The notes beneath the pieces were generated by a model. That model saw nothing but the letters and a program-made list of their open reading frames with translations, did no database searches and was not told the origin of the DNA. A stretch of 64,000 nt of DNA from Macrostomum lignano (lineage: Eukaryota). Shown piece after piece: positions 46,201 to 57,898 of the stretch. Both the position numbers and the translations under genes were made by a program. How positions within the stretch are numbered: the first letter of the stretch is position 1; each line of letters begins with the position of its first letter. Location of the stretch: the NCBI GenBank assembly GCA_002269645.1, contig NIVC01003406.1, positions 12,747 to 76,746 on the forward strand, written 5' to 3'.

Positions 46201-48758
46201 GGATCCATGATACTGATTAGGGTTCCACGGTACTAATTAGGGATCCATGATACTGATTAGGGTTCCACGATACTAATTAGGGATCCATGATACTCCTTAG
46301 GGTTCCACAGTACTAATTAGGGATCCATGATACTGATTAGGGTTCCACGGTACTAATTAGGGATCCATGATACTGATTAGGGTTCCACGGTACAAATTAG
46401 GGATCCATGATACTGATTAGGGTTCCACGGTACAAATTAGGGCTCCACGATACTAATTAGGGATCCATGGTACTGATTAGGGTTCCACGATACTAATTAG
46501 GGATCCATGATACTGATTAGGGTTCCACGATACTAATTAGGATCCATATGATACTCCTTAGGGTTCCACGATACTTAGCGATCCGTGATTCCAATTTACC
46601 TTTATTACCTTAATGGTGTGGTTAACATCAGGTTAATGGCTTTTCAACAGCTTATGAGGAAAAGCATTAAAGACTTTTGTCACCTTTAAAAAGCATATAG
46701 TACTCAACACTATACCCAATCTCCCGAAACCCCCAAAGGCGTGGCCCAGATCAAGGTGATGACGGACAGCGAGCTGCTGCAGACTGCCTGCCAACAGTTT
46801 CTGGGCAAAAGTCGCCGAGAAATCGAGAACTCAATCCTGCAGACCATGGAGGGCCACCTGCGCGCCATCCTCGGCACCCTGTCGGTGGAGTCCATCTACA
46901 AGGATCGCGACCGCTTCGCCGATCTGGTTCGCGAGATGGCCGCTCCGGACGTTGGCCGGATGGGCATCGAGATTCTGTCCTTCACCATCAAGGACGTCTA
47001 CGACAAGGTCGAGTACCTTAACAGCCTCGGCCGGACCCAGGTGGCCAACGTCAAGCGTGACGCCGACATCGGGGTGGCTCAGGCGGAGCGGGACGCCGGC
47101 ATCAAGGAGGCCGAGTCCGAGCGGGCTCGCCTGGACGTGAAGTACGTCGCCGACTCGCAGATTGCTGACAGCGCCAGACAGTTCCAGATGCAGAAGGCCG
47201 CCTTTGACACCGAGGTTTGTGCCCACCAGGGTAAACGGAGTAACAGGGGGTCACTTGGACCGGGGTAACTGGGGGTCATTGGGACTAGGGTAACTGGAGA
47301 TCATTGGGACTGGGGTAACTAGGGGTCATTGGGACCGAGGTGACTGGGGTCATTGGGACCGGGGTAACTGGAGATCATTGAGACCGGGGTAACTAAAGAT
47401 CATTGGGACCAGGGTGACTAAAGATCATTGGGACCAGGGTAACTAAAGATCATTGGGACTCTAATCTGTTTGGATAGGACTGACAATAAAAAAATCAGAT
47501 TGGATAATTGGGACCGGGGTAACTGGGGATCATTGGGACTCTAATCTGTTTAGATAGGACTGACAATAAAAAAATCAGATTGGATAATTGGGACCGGGGT
47601 AACTGGGGATCATTGGGACCGGGGTAACTGGGGTCATTGTGGCCGGGCTCACGGCACCAGCACCGCCTTGGAACCGCAGGTGAACAAGGCCAAGGCGGAG
47701 TCCGAGCTGGCCTACAGCCTGCAGGGCGCCAAGGAGCGCCAGAAGATTCGCGCCGAGGAAATCGAAATCGAGGTGCGCGAGAAGCGCAAGCTGATCGAAA
47801 TCGAGGAGAAAGAAATTGTGCGCAACGAGAAGGAGCTGGACGGCAGCATCAGGCGGCCGGCTGAGGCCGAGGCCTTCAAGGTCAGGGAAATTCGTAGATT
47901 GATACACGAAAAGGTGGACATGTACATGCTCGATAGATCACACTAGATCACACTAGATCACACTAGATCACACTAGATCACACTAGATCACACTAGATCA
48001 TACTAAATCACACTAGATCACACTAGATTACACTAGATCACACTAGATCACACTAGATCACACTAGATCACACTAGATCACACTAGATCACACTAGATCA
48101 CACTAGATTACACTAGATCACACTAGATCACACTAGATCACACTAGATCACACTAGATCACACTAGATCACACTAGATCATACTAGATCACACTAGATCA
48201 CACTAGATCATACTAGATCACACTAGATCACACTAGATCACACTAGATCACACTAGATCACACTAGATCACACTAGATCACACTAGATCACACTAGATCA
48301 CACTAGATCACACTAGATCATACTAGATCACACCGGATCGCACCAGACTGCCATTCGCCACTCCGAAGGTGCAAACCGTGGCCGAAGGCGAACGCTTCCG
48401 CCGGGTCAAGGTGGCGCAGGCCGAGGCCGAGGCCATCCGCGCCCGCGGTGCCGCCGAAGCCGCCTCGATTGGCGCCGTCGGCCGCGCCCAAGCCGAGGAG
48501 ATGCGGCTGAAGGCGGCGGCCTACCGAGCCTACGGCGACGCGGCCATCCTGGAGATGAGCCTGGAGGCTCTGCCGCGCGTGGCCGCCGAAGTGGCCGCCC
48601 CGCTGTCCAAGATTGACGAAATTGTGGTCCTTGGCGACGACCGCACCACCTCGGAGGTGTCCCGCCTGCTGAGCAACCTGCCGCCGGCAGTGCAGGCCCT
48701 CACCGGAGTCGACTTGAGCGGCGCCGTAGGAAAACTGGCCGGCCTACAGACCGCGTAG
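43282..48758 (+). CDS. FLOT2: Flotillin-2 (reggie-1), 425 aa. Exons 43282-43330, 45201-45282, 45368-45447, 46739-47214, 47680-47880, 48369-48758
   Basis: MGNIHTVGPNEALVISG-GCCG...GGWGWAWWWVTEVQ, MEGHLRAILGTLSVE, DVGRMGIEILSFTIKDVYD, EA-rich flotillin domain, C-terminal VQALTGVDLS. Phases are consistent. Confidence 0.95.
44949..44972. repeat. (TG)n microsatellite in flotillin intron 1
   Basis: Direct reading. Confidence 0.9.
45600..46575. repeat. 40-bp dimeric minisatellite (TTAGGGTTCCACGATACTAA-TTAGGGATCCATGATACTGA), flotillin intron 3
   Basis: Direct reading. Confidence 0.96.
47240..47640. repeat. ~25-bp repeat (GGGGTAACTGGGGATCATTGGGACC), flotillin intron 4
   Basis: Direct reading. Confidence 0.9.
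47933..48332. repeat. 10-bp repeat (CACTAGATCA)n, flotillin intron 5
   Basis: Direct reading, about 40 copies. Confidence 0.97.
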
Positions 48759-48919
48759 GTGCGGAGTTCGAATCCCGGCCTGGGGGCGATAAGTTTCTTT
48801 GAGGATTTTTTCTCGACACGATTTTGTAATTTGAAGGATTAATGCCATCCTCAATGGTATTTAGCCTCTAACTGTCTCGACCTGCTGTGTTTCAACTCTC
48901 AACCGGATGATTTCTGCAC

Positions 48920-49200
48920 CTCCAACGTTCGGGACTTCCAGCCCTCGGGGCCTCCAACCTTCGGGACCTCCAGCCTTCGGGACCTCCAGCCTTCGGACCT
49001 CCAACCTTCGGGACCTCCAACCTTCGAGACCTCCAACCTTCGGGACCTCCAGCCTTCGGGACCTCCAACCTTCGGGACCTCCAACCTTCGGGAACTCCAA
49101 CCTTCGAGACCTCCAACCTTCGGGACCTCCAGCCTTCGGGACCTCCAACCTTCGGGACCTCCAACCTTCGGGACCTCCAACCTTCGGGACCTCCACCTTT
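48920..49200. repeat. 16-bp repeat (CCAACCTTCGGGACCT)
   Basis: Direct reading. Confidence 0.93.
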
Positions 49201-49552
49201 AACCTCCGTGACTTTCGAATGCGAATATTCTCCAAGAGGCACCCAACTCTGTTAAACGCACGGCTAACGCATACGGTGAATTTTTTAAAGTTTTCGTGAA
49301 CATTATATCTGAGCAGAGAATTCAAGAGATTGCTCTATAGTTCCTCCGCCGAGACGTTGTCCCTTACTGAAAAAATATTACGAGCGTACTAAGCATGCTT
49401 TTCTATGTTAAACTTTTTGTTGTGTTGAATACAATTACTATCAATAAGGCGACGTTTTAATTTCCCGAAACCTAAGACTTAAGTTTTGGCGCCTCTAAAA
49501 GCCACTTGGTACCATTTTAAAAGAATTGGCACTATTGAAAGACTTTTCAGCG

Positions 49553-50016
49553 CCATCATGACCCATTTGGCGCCATCGGGACTCATTTGGCGTCATCATG
49601 ACCCCTTTGGTCTTACTGTGACCCATTTGGCGCCATCATGACCCATTCGGCGCTATCTTGACCCGTTTGGTCTTACTATGACCCATTTGGCGCTATCATG
49701 ACTCATTTGGTCTTACTATGACCCATTTGGCGCCATCATGACCCATTGGGTGCCATCATGACCCATTTGGTCTTACTATGACCCATTTGGCGCCATCATG
49801 ACCCATTGGGTGCCATCATGACCCATTTGGTCTTACTATGACCCATTTGGCGCCATCATGACCCATTGGGTGCCATCATGACCCATTGGGTGCCATCATG
49901 ACCCATTTGGTCTTACTATGACCCATTTGGCGCCATCATGACCCATTGGGTGCCATCATGACCCATTGGGTGCCATCATGACCCATTTGGTCTTACTATG
50001 ACCCATTTGGCGCCAT
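49553..50016. repeat. 20-bp repeat (ATGACCCATTTGGCGCCATC and variants)
   Basis: Direct reading. Confidence 0.93.
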
Positions 50017-50607
50017 AGTCATGATGAATACTGGCAAGGCACCCGTACTTTTATCTAGTCAAAGGTTTCACAAAGCCGGTAGCAATTATTTGCATAGGAT
50101 TGCAGCTATTGTTCTTTGTTATTAATGTTGTTCAAGCAATTATTTATATAAAACCACTTTTTTATTAGTTTGAGAGTGATGAAATATGTAAATTAGGCAA
50201 TTTTATATTAAAAAGCTTTATGTCAGAGTACTTTTACAATTGTCCTTTATGCAGTTTGTAAAAATGCGTTACTGCCTAATGCTTAGTATTTTTATATTAA
50301 TCTTTCGTCTTTGTGGTCTGTGATTCTGAGTATGTAAACCTGTCAATCACTGCTACTGGTAATTAATCTCTTTTTTTGCTTAGCAAAAGCTGTTTTCTAT
50401 CGCACCCGTTGTTAAAATAAAAACATTTTTCGTCGACAATATCTTACTACTGATAGTAGCTGATGCTTTTGAGAAATTTTATAAGTAGCAATAACTGCGC
50501 TGCTTACTAATACAAATAGCTTAAATCTGTATTTTTTCCGCTTTTTGTCTTGGCTTGAAATTATTATATGATCTATGTTTGGTTTAAATCTAGACATTTT
50601 GTTTTAA

Positions 50608-51585
50608 TGACTGATGTCTACCTGACTGATGTCTACCTGTCTGATTTCTACCTGTCTGATGTCTACCTGACTGATTGTCTACCTGACTGATGTCTACCTG
50701 ACTGATTGTCTACCTGACTGATTGTCTACCTGACTGATGTCTACCTGACTGATGTCTACCTGACTGATGTCTACCTGACTGATGTCTACCTGACTGATTG
50801 TCTACCTGACTGATGTCTACCTGTCTGATGTCTACCTGACTGATGTCTGCCTGTCTGATGTCTACCTGACTGATGTCTACCTGTCTGATGTCTACCTGAC
50901 TGATGTCTACCTGTCTGATGTCTACCTGTCTGATGTCTACCTGTCTGATGTCTACCTGACTGATGTCTACCTGACTGATGTCTACCTGTCTGATGTCTAC
51001 CTGTCTGATGTCTACCTGTCTGATGTCTACCTGTCTGATGTCTACCTGTCTGATGTCTACCTGTCTGATGTCTACCTGACTGATGTCTACCTGTCTGATG
51101 TCTACCTGACTGACTGTCTACCTGACTGATGTCTACCTGACTGATGTCTACCTGTCTGATGTCTACCTGTCTGATGTCTACCTGTCTGATGTCTACCTGT
51201 CTGATGTCTACCTGACTGATGTCTACCTGACTGATGTCTACCTGTCTGATGTCTACCTGTCTGATGTCTACCTGTCTGATGTCTACCTGACTGATGTCTA
51301 CCTGTCTGATGTCTACCTGACTGACTGTCTACCTGTCTGATGTCTACCTGACTGATGTCTACCTGTCTGATGTCTACCTGACTGATGTCTACCTGACTGA
51401 TGTCTACCTGTCTGATGTCTACCTGACTGATGTCTACCTGTCTGATGTCTACCTGACTGATGTCTACCTGTCTGATGTCTACCTGACTGATTGTCTACCT
51501 GACTGATGTCTACCTGACTGACTGTCTACCTGACTGACTGTCTACCTGTACCTGACCGAGGTCTACCCGGACTGAGGTCTACCTG
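50608..51585. repeat. 15-bp repeat (TGATGTCTACCTGWC)
   Basis: Direct reading. Confidence 0.96.
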
Positions 51586-52160
51586 TTTACAACAATGGCC
51601 GTTTAAATTGGAGCAAGTGGCGATAAAGCCAGAAAAAATAAAAAATATTTTTGTCATTTTGAGTCACTCAAAGTCGACAGCAATCCGAGGTCTTGCGAAT
51701 TGTAAAAGCCGGTAGAATGGAATGAAAAAAAAACGAAAAAACTGCAAGCGATATTCGCTTCGATAAGAGACCAAGTCTGCCCCACAGTGCCAAAGTCACT
51801 GAGCTGCACGCGGAATGCAGCTCTTATCAGAAGCCCTGCAATAAGAAATTTAAGAGTCGCCCCTGCTTCCTCGCCCTAGCCGGACCAAGGACTTCTGGGA
51901 ATAGTAGCTGGCCTAAGAAATATCTTCCAAACTAGGCGTCGAAATCGGGTCGCGTTTAGATGTGTTTCCAGTCCACTGGTGCTGTTTCCCTAAAAGTCCT
52001 CGGCTGAACCCATAGCAGCTTAACTGCGTAGCCCCCATACGGCTGCAGCGTGTTCAAAAGTCACAGCTGGGCACTGATATACTGCCAGCGCTGCCTAAGC
52101 TCTCGTAGAGGCCAAGTGTTTGTTATTGGATTCGAGCACAAAACCTTCTCGGCGAAGAAC

Positions 52161-55100
52161 ATGCGCGCGAAGTCCTACTGGCAGACGCAGAAGCAGTCCT
52201 GCTCCAAGGGCCGCGTAGCCCTCATCGTGGCCCTGTGCCTCATGGTGGGCACCATCTTCCTCATCATTGGCTTCTTTGTTCGCCGATGCGACAGCGGCGG
52301 AGGCGGTGGCGACGGCGAGGCCTTTGCCCGTCTGATCCGCGAGGCCGATCCCAGCATCCGGGACGCAGCCCTGGGCCAGCTGAGCTCGGCGAGGATCCGA
52401 GCCCACCTGAAGGCCATCACCGCCAGGCCGCACGTGGCCACGCAGGCCACCGATCCCGCCAAAGACTACGTGAAGTCGCACTGGACAAAGACTTTCCAGG
52501 CGCACAAAGACCGGGTGCAGATGGTCAGCCAGGTCTATCGAGTTCTACTCTCAAGGGCGAAGCTGGACGGCGAGAAAACTCGATTCGAAATTCGATCCGC
52601 AAACAATAGCCGGGTTGACTTCACCAGCCAGACGGTGGAGAAGCCGCTGACTGAGCACGACAATGACACGGACATCCCTAGCCCGATTCTCGCGTATGCA
52701 CCTTCCGGTGACCTCACCGGGCCGGCTGTGTACGCTAATTATGGCACGGAGGCTGATCTGCAGCATCTCACCAAGAACTTGTCAATCAGCCTCAATGGTT
52801 CCATCCTGCTCACCAGGTTCGTTTCAGGCAGTGGCGTACGTTGGAGGGGGTCAGAATGCCCCCCCCCGAAGAAATTGCGCTCCTCCAAAACTAGAGGAGC
52901 TCAACTTTTGCCACCTTTTGGACAAGAGACAAGAGACAGGGGCGCCCAACAAGAGACAGGGGCGCCCAACAAGAGACAGGAGCGCCCAACAAGAGACAGG
53001 GGCGCCCAACAAGAGACAGGGGCGCCCAACAAGAGACAGGGGCGCCCAACAAGAGACAGGAGCACCCAACAAGAGACAGGGGCGCCCAACAAGAGACAGG
53101 GGCGCCCAACAAGAGACAGGGGCGCCCACCAAGAGACAGGGCCAGAGTAAAAAAACACGGTTCATTCTAAGAAACACCTACATGTACCTGGCTAACAAAC
53201 TGTCGATTTCTAAGAAATCAATGCTACTTTCTGGGAAAACAAGCAATCCCATGTACAGCTAAATGTACATTCTAAGAAACTATCTAATCAATACACGCAA
53301 CATTCTGACAATCCACCTTACCCTAGCAATAAAACTTTCTAAGAATCCAGTGCAAACATTCTATGACATCTTGTTTTCAATGCAGTACACAGTATTCCAC
53401 GAAGCAATCTAGACTATATATTTAACACAGACTGCATTCTAGGCAGCACTGCTTTCTAACAAACCCCTCCCCTTGTCTAGATACGGTCGCTCGGGCCGCG
53501 GCGCCAAGGCGGTCACCGCTGCCAAGTACGGCGCGGCCGGAGTGCTCATCTTCTCCGACCCGGCCGACGTGGCCAAAAACCAGAGCGCCGCCTTCCCGAA
53601 CGGCCAGTGGATGCCGGGCACGGGAACGCAGAAGGGCTCCGCCATGCTGTCATCCGGAGATCCGACGACTCCCGGATATCCGTCCTTGGCGACCGCCTAT
53701 CGATACGACGCCGTTGCTAGGGGAGTCTGCCCGCCGCTGCCAATGTATCCGGTGGGTTTTGCTGCAGGCTCTGACCTGTTAGACAGTCAAGAAAGTCCTG
53801 TTAGACAGTCAAGAGAGTCCTGTTAGACAGTCAAGAGAGTCCTGTTAGACAGTCAAGAGAGTCCTGTTAGACAGTCAAGAGAGTCCTGTTAGACAGTCAA
53901 GAGAGTCCTGTTAGACAGTCAAGAGAGTCCTGTTAGACAGTCAAGAGAGTCCTGTTAGACAGTCAAGAGAGTCCTGTTAGACAGTCAAGAGAGTCCTGTT
54001 AGACAGCCAAGAGAGTCCTGTTAGACAGTCAAGAGAGTCCTGTTAGACAGTCAACAGACTCCTGTTATGCACTCCAGATTGGCTACGCAGACGCCCGAGA
54101 GATCATTGACAGACTGGAGGGCGCCCAGGCGCCGGAGGATTGGCGAGTCCGCATCAGAGGGATGAACCTCAGCCGGCCGATGCGATTGGGCCCGAAAATG
54201 TCCGGCGATCAACAACTGCGGCTGGTGGTGAATCAGGAGAATTTTATGAAAGATATTGAAAATGTGTGCGTCAAAATTCATGGAGATATTGAACCCGACA
54301 GGTGAGTGTTCGGTCTATCCTTTTTATGTGTCCATGGTCTATCCTATTTTATGTGTAGTCTATGGTCTATCCTTTTTATGTGTCCATGGTATATCCTATT
54401 TTATGTGTAGTCTATGGTTTATCCTATTTTATGTGTAGTCTATGGTTTATCCTATTTTATGTGTAGTCTATATGGTCTATCCTATTTTATGTGTAGTCTA
54501 TGGTTTATCCTATTTTATGTGTAGTCTATGGTCTATCCTATTTTATGTGTAGTCTATGGTCTATCCTATTTTATGTGTAGTCTATGGTTTATCCTATTTT
54601 ATGTGTAGTCTATGGTCTATCCTATTTTATGTGTAGTCTATGGTCTATCCTATTTTATGTGTAGTCTATGGTCTATCCTATTTTATGTGTAGTCTATGGT
54701 TTATCCTATTTTATTTGTAGTCTATGGTCTATCTTAATTTACGTAGTCTATCGTCTATCTTACTTCATGTCTAGTTTATGGCCTGCTCTAGTCTTAGTTT
54801 GCAGAGGACTTTGGACTTTGAACCCATAGTCAGCCAGGAAATAAGCAGCCATTCCCAGACATGCTCTACACGCTCCCACATGGTGTACAGCGGTCCTGCC
54901 TTTCTCATTGTCTGACATGTACACTCTGTGCCTTTGAGGTGGGCACTCAAAGCGTGAAGCCCCTTCTTCTAGATCTTATAGCCAACAGTCTATCCCTAGG
55001 CTGAGTCTATGGCCCATCCTCCCATCCGCAGGTGGGTGATCGTCGGCAACCACCGAGACGCCTGGGGCTTCGGAGCTGTGGACCCGTCCTCAGGCACGGC

Positions 55101-57898
55101 CGTGCTGATGGAGTTCAGCGAGGTGCTGGCGAACCTGCTGGCCACTGGATGGAAGCCGAGGCGGTCGATCATGCTGTGCACCTGGGACGGGGAGGAACAC
55201 GGCCTCATCGGCAGCTGGGAGTTCGTGGAGGAGAATCTTATGATGCTCAAGGATGTTGGTGCTATTTCAATTTCTTTGAAGTGCTTATCACACTTTTAAA
55301 CCTCTGCAGAGACCAAGGCTCGATCGAATCTACTTTTTTGCAATATAAAGTCTATTCTCCGGTGTATCAAGTCTATTCTCCGGTGCATCAAGTCTATTCT
55401 CCGGTGCATCAAGTCTATTCTCCGGTGCATCAAGTCTATTCTCCGGTGCATCAAGTCTATTCTCCGGTGCATCAAGTCTGTTCTTCGGTGTATCAAGTCT
55501 ATTCTCCGGTGCATCAAGTCTATTCTCCGGTGCATCAAGTCTATTCTTCGGTGTATCAAGTCTATTCTTCGGTGTATCAAGTCAATTCTCCGGTGCATCA
55601 AGTCTATTCTCCGGCGTATCAAGTCAATTCTCCGGTGCATCAAGTCAATTATCCGGTGAATCAAGTCTATTCACCGGTGTATCAAGTCTATTCTCCGGTG
55701 TATCAAGTCTAATCTTCGGTGTATCAAGTCTATTCACCGGTGTATCAAGTCTAATCTTCGGTGTATCAAGTCCAGTCTCAGGCCCATCACCCCTCCCATC
55801 CAACCCGCAGTCGGTAGTTGCGTACGTCAACATCGACATCGCAGCGGCTGGCAACTACTCGATGCGGACAAGCGCCATGCCGAGTTTGCGCGACTTCGCC
55901 AAGACCCTGATGGACAGCCTGCCGGAGGAGGTGAACCCCGGCAAGAGCATGGGCCAGACCTGGTCAGACAGGTGGGCCGATGGAAAGTCGGCCATGGACA
56001 GCATGTTGACACCTATCGGTGGCTCGGACTACGCGGCCTTCATCGAGTTGGCCTCGATCCCGGCCATAGACATCATGTTCCGGGCCGACCCAAAGGAGTC
56101 CTCGCTCTATCCGATGTACCACGTCAGGTGCGTGTGTGTGAGTGAGTGAGTGAGTAAGTGAGTGAGTAAGTGAGTAAGTGAGTGAGTGAGTGAGTGAGTG
56201 AGTGAGTGAGTGAGTGAGTGAGTGAGTGAGTGAGTGAGTGAGTGAGTGAGTGAGTGAGTGAGTGAGTGAGTGAGTGAGTGAGTGAGTGAGTGAGTGAGTG
56301 AGTGAGTGAGTGAGTGAGTGAGTGAGTAAGTGAGTAAGTGAGTGAGTGAGTGAGTGAGTGAGTGAGTGAGTGAGTGAGTGAGTGAGTGAGTGAGTGAGTG
56401 AGTGAGTGAGTGAGTGAGTAAGTGAGTGAGTGAGTGAGTGAGTGTGCGGTCACATTCATTTGGGGCTTGTCTGTACAAAAATTGGCTTGGGGGTTGTGCG
56501 ATTCGCCTCCATGAGGGCCAACCCCCAAGGCACAGGGAGTGTACATGCCTGCCGATTAGACAGTCAGGGCTACTGTACACCCTGTGTGAGCGTGTGTACA
56601 GTTATCTCTCGCTTGTTCAGTAGTAAGCGGAATGTGTAGAACGGCCCCAGCGCTGGTTGCGGGACGATGTCTCAATAAAGTGCCCACAATCCTGCTGCAA
56701 ATGTTTATTCTTTCAATTGTCAGGAGCTCGACAGCAGCTCTTGCAACACAAACAACTCATACCTGCATAAACTACCTCAATCGCAACAGGTACGAAAGCT
56801 TCTATTACGTGGACACCTACGTTGATCCCGGATTCAAGGCGCACCTGTCATCGGCCAGACTGCTCACCGAGGTGGTCAGGCAGCTCACAGACGAGTACCT
56901 GCTGCCGTACGCGCTCAACATGAGCAACACGGCTTTGGAGTTGGAGAAATACTTCGCCAGCGTCAATGGCAGCAGTGCAATCGGAGCGATGCCGGAGCTC
57001 AAGGCGGCGGTGACAGCCCTGGGTGACAGCGTCACGTATTTTCAGCAGCAGGTGCAGGCGGGGATTCTAATTTAAATTTTCCTCTAAGTATGAGCCCGAG
57101 GGAAGGCAGTGCAAGGGATCAATGAATATTGAAAAGTTTATGGCTTTTAATATCACGGGACACTTGCTTTTGAAGGCTAGGCTTTGTAAGTGCCCACTTT
57201 TGACGCGCTGTGGCACTTTATTGGGGTCTAAATTAACCCATCTGCTCCTGACTCGAGAGTGCACAATTGCTTATTGTCTGACTCCAAAGCCATATACACA
57301 ATCTACCATTGTCTGACTCCAAAGCCACAGACACAATCTACCATTGTCTAACTCCAAAGCCACAGACACAATCTACCATTGTCTGACTCCAAAGCAACAG
57401 ACACAATCCACCATTGTCTAACTCCAAAGCCACAGACACAATCTACCATTGTCTGACCCCAAAGCCACAGACACAATCCACCATTGTCTGACTCCAGAAC
57501 CATAACCCGCTACCCGCTGTCGAATAGCCATGCAGAAGCTCACTTTCAGCGCATAAATGCTAAAAATCTTTCACGATAAAATTCTACAGACCACCGCTTG
57601 GGACAGGCAGACCGTCGATCGCCGAAGTCCCCTCGGCGTTCGTCGGATCAACGATGCGGCGATGCGCGCGACGCAGAGCTTCCTGGCTAGCCGGGGGCAG
57701 CCGCGCCAGCCCTACGTTGCCAACCTGGTGTTCACCTCGGGCAAGCATCCGCGGGAGACCAGTGGAGTGCGGTTCCCCGGACTGTCCGACCTGCTGACCG
57801 AGCTGCCATTGGGCACCGCTACGGTGGCCGAGATTGACAGGCAGCTGAGGGACCTGGCGCATCACGTTCGATTGGCTGGGAAGGTGCTGACAGTCTGA
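52161..57898 (+). CDS. M28 glutamate carboxypeptidase II / NAALADase-family type II membrane metallopeptidase, 753 aa. Exons 52161-52816, 53481-53751, 54078-54301, 55032-55254, 55811-56127, 56790-57051, 57590-57898
   Basis: N-terminal TM, PA domain (AYAPSGDLTGPAVYANYG...RYGRSGRG), zinc ligands GNHRDAW, AVDP, DGEE, VNID and PMYH, and a TfR-like dimerisation domain (RRINDAAM...RFPGLSD). All splice phases agree. Confidence 0.93.
52922..53142. repeat. 20-bp repeat (CAAGAGACAGGGGCGCCCAA), peptidase intron 1
   Basis: Direct reading. Confidence 0.95.
53775..54066. repeat. 22-bp repeat (CCTGTTAGACAGTCAAGAGAGT), peptidase intron 2
   Basis: Direct reading. Confidence 0.96.
54312..54735. repeat. 28-bp repeat (TCCTATTTTATGTGTAGTCTATGGTCTA), peptidase intron 3
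   Basis: Direct reading. Confidence 0.95.
55345..55772. repeat. 21-bp repeat (TCAAGTCTATTCTCCGGTGCA), peptidase intron 4
   Basis: Direct reading. Confidence 0.95.
56138..56443. repeat. (GTGA)n microsatellite, peptidase intron 5
   Basis: Direct reading. Confidence 0.98.
57275..57495. repeat. 35-bp repeat (CTACCATTGTCTGACTCCAAAGCCACAGACACAAT), peptidase intron 6
   Basis: Direct reading. Confidence 0.93.

Noticed and set aside
48759-48790. GTTCGAATCCC B box just after the flotillin stop
   Set aside because: Isolated motif with no supporting tRNA structure
52050-53150. 366-aa ORF taken as a complete protein
   Set aside because: It is peptidase exon 1 reading through into the intron-1 minisatellite; the supported start is the ATG at 52161 and the donor is at 52816
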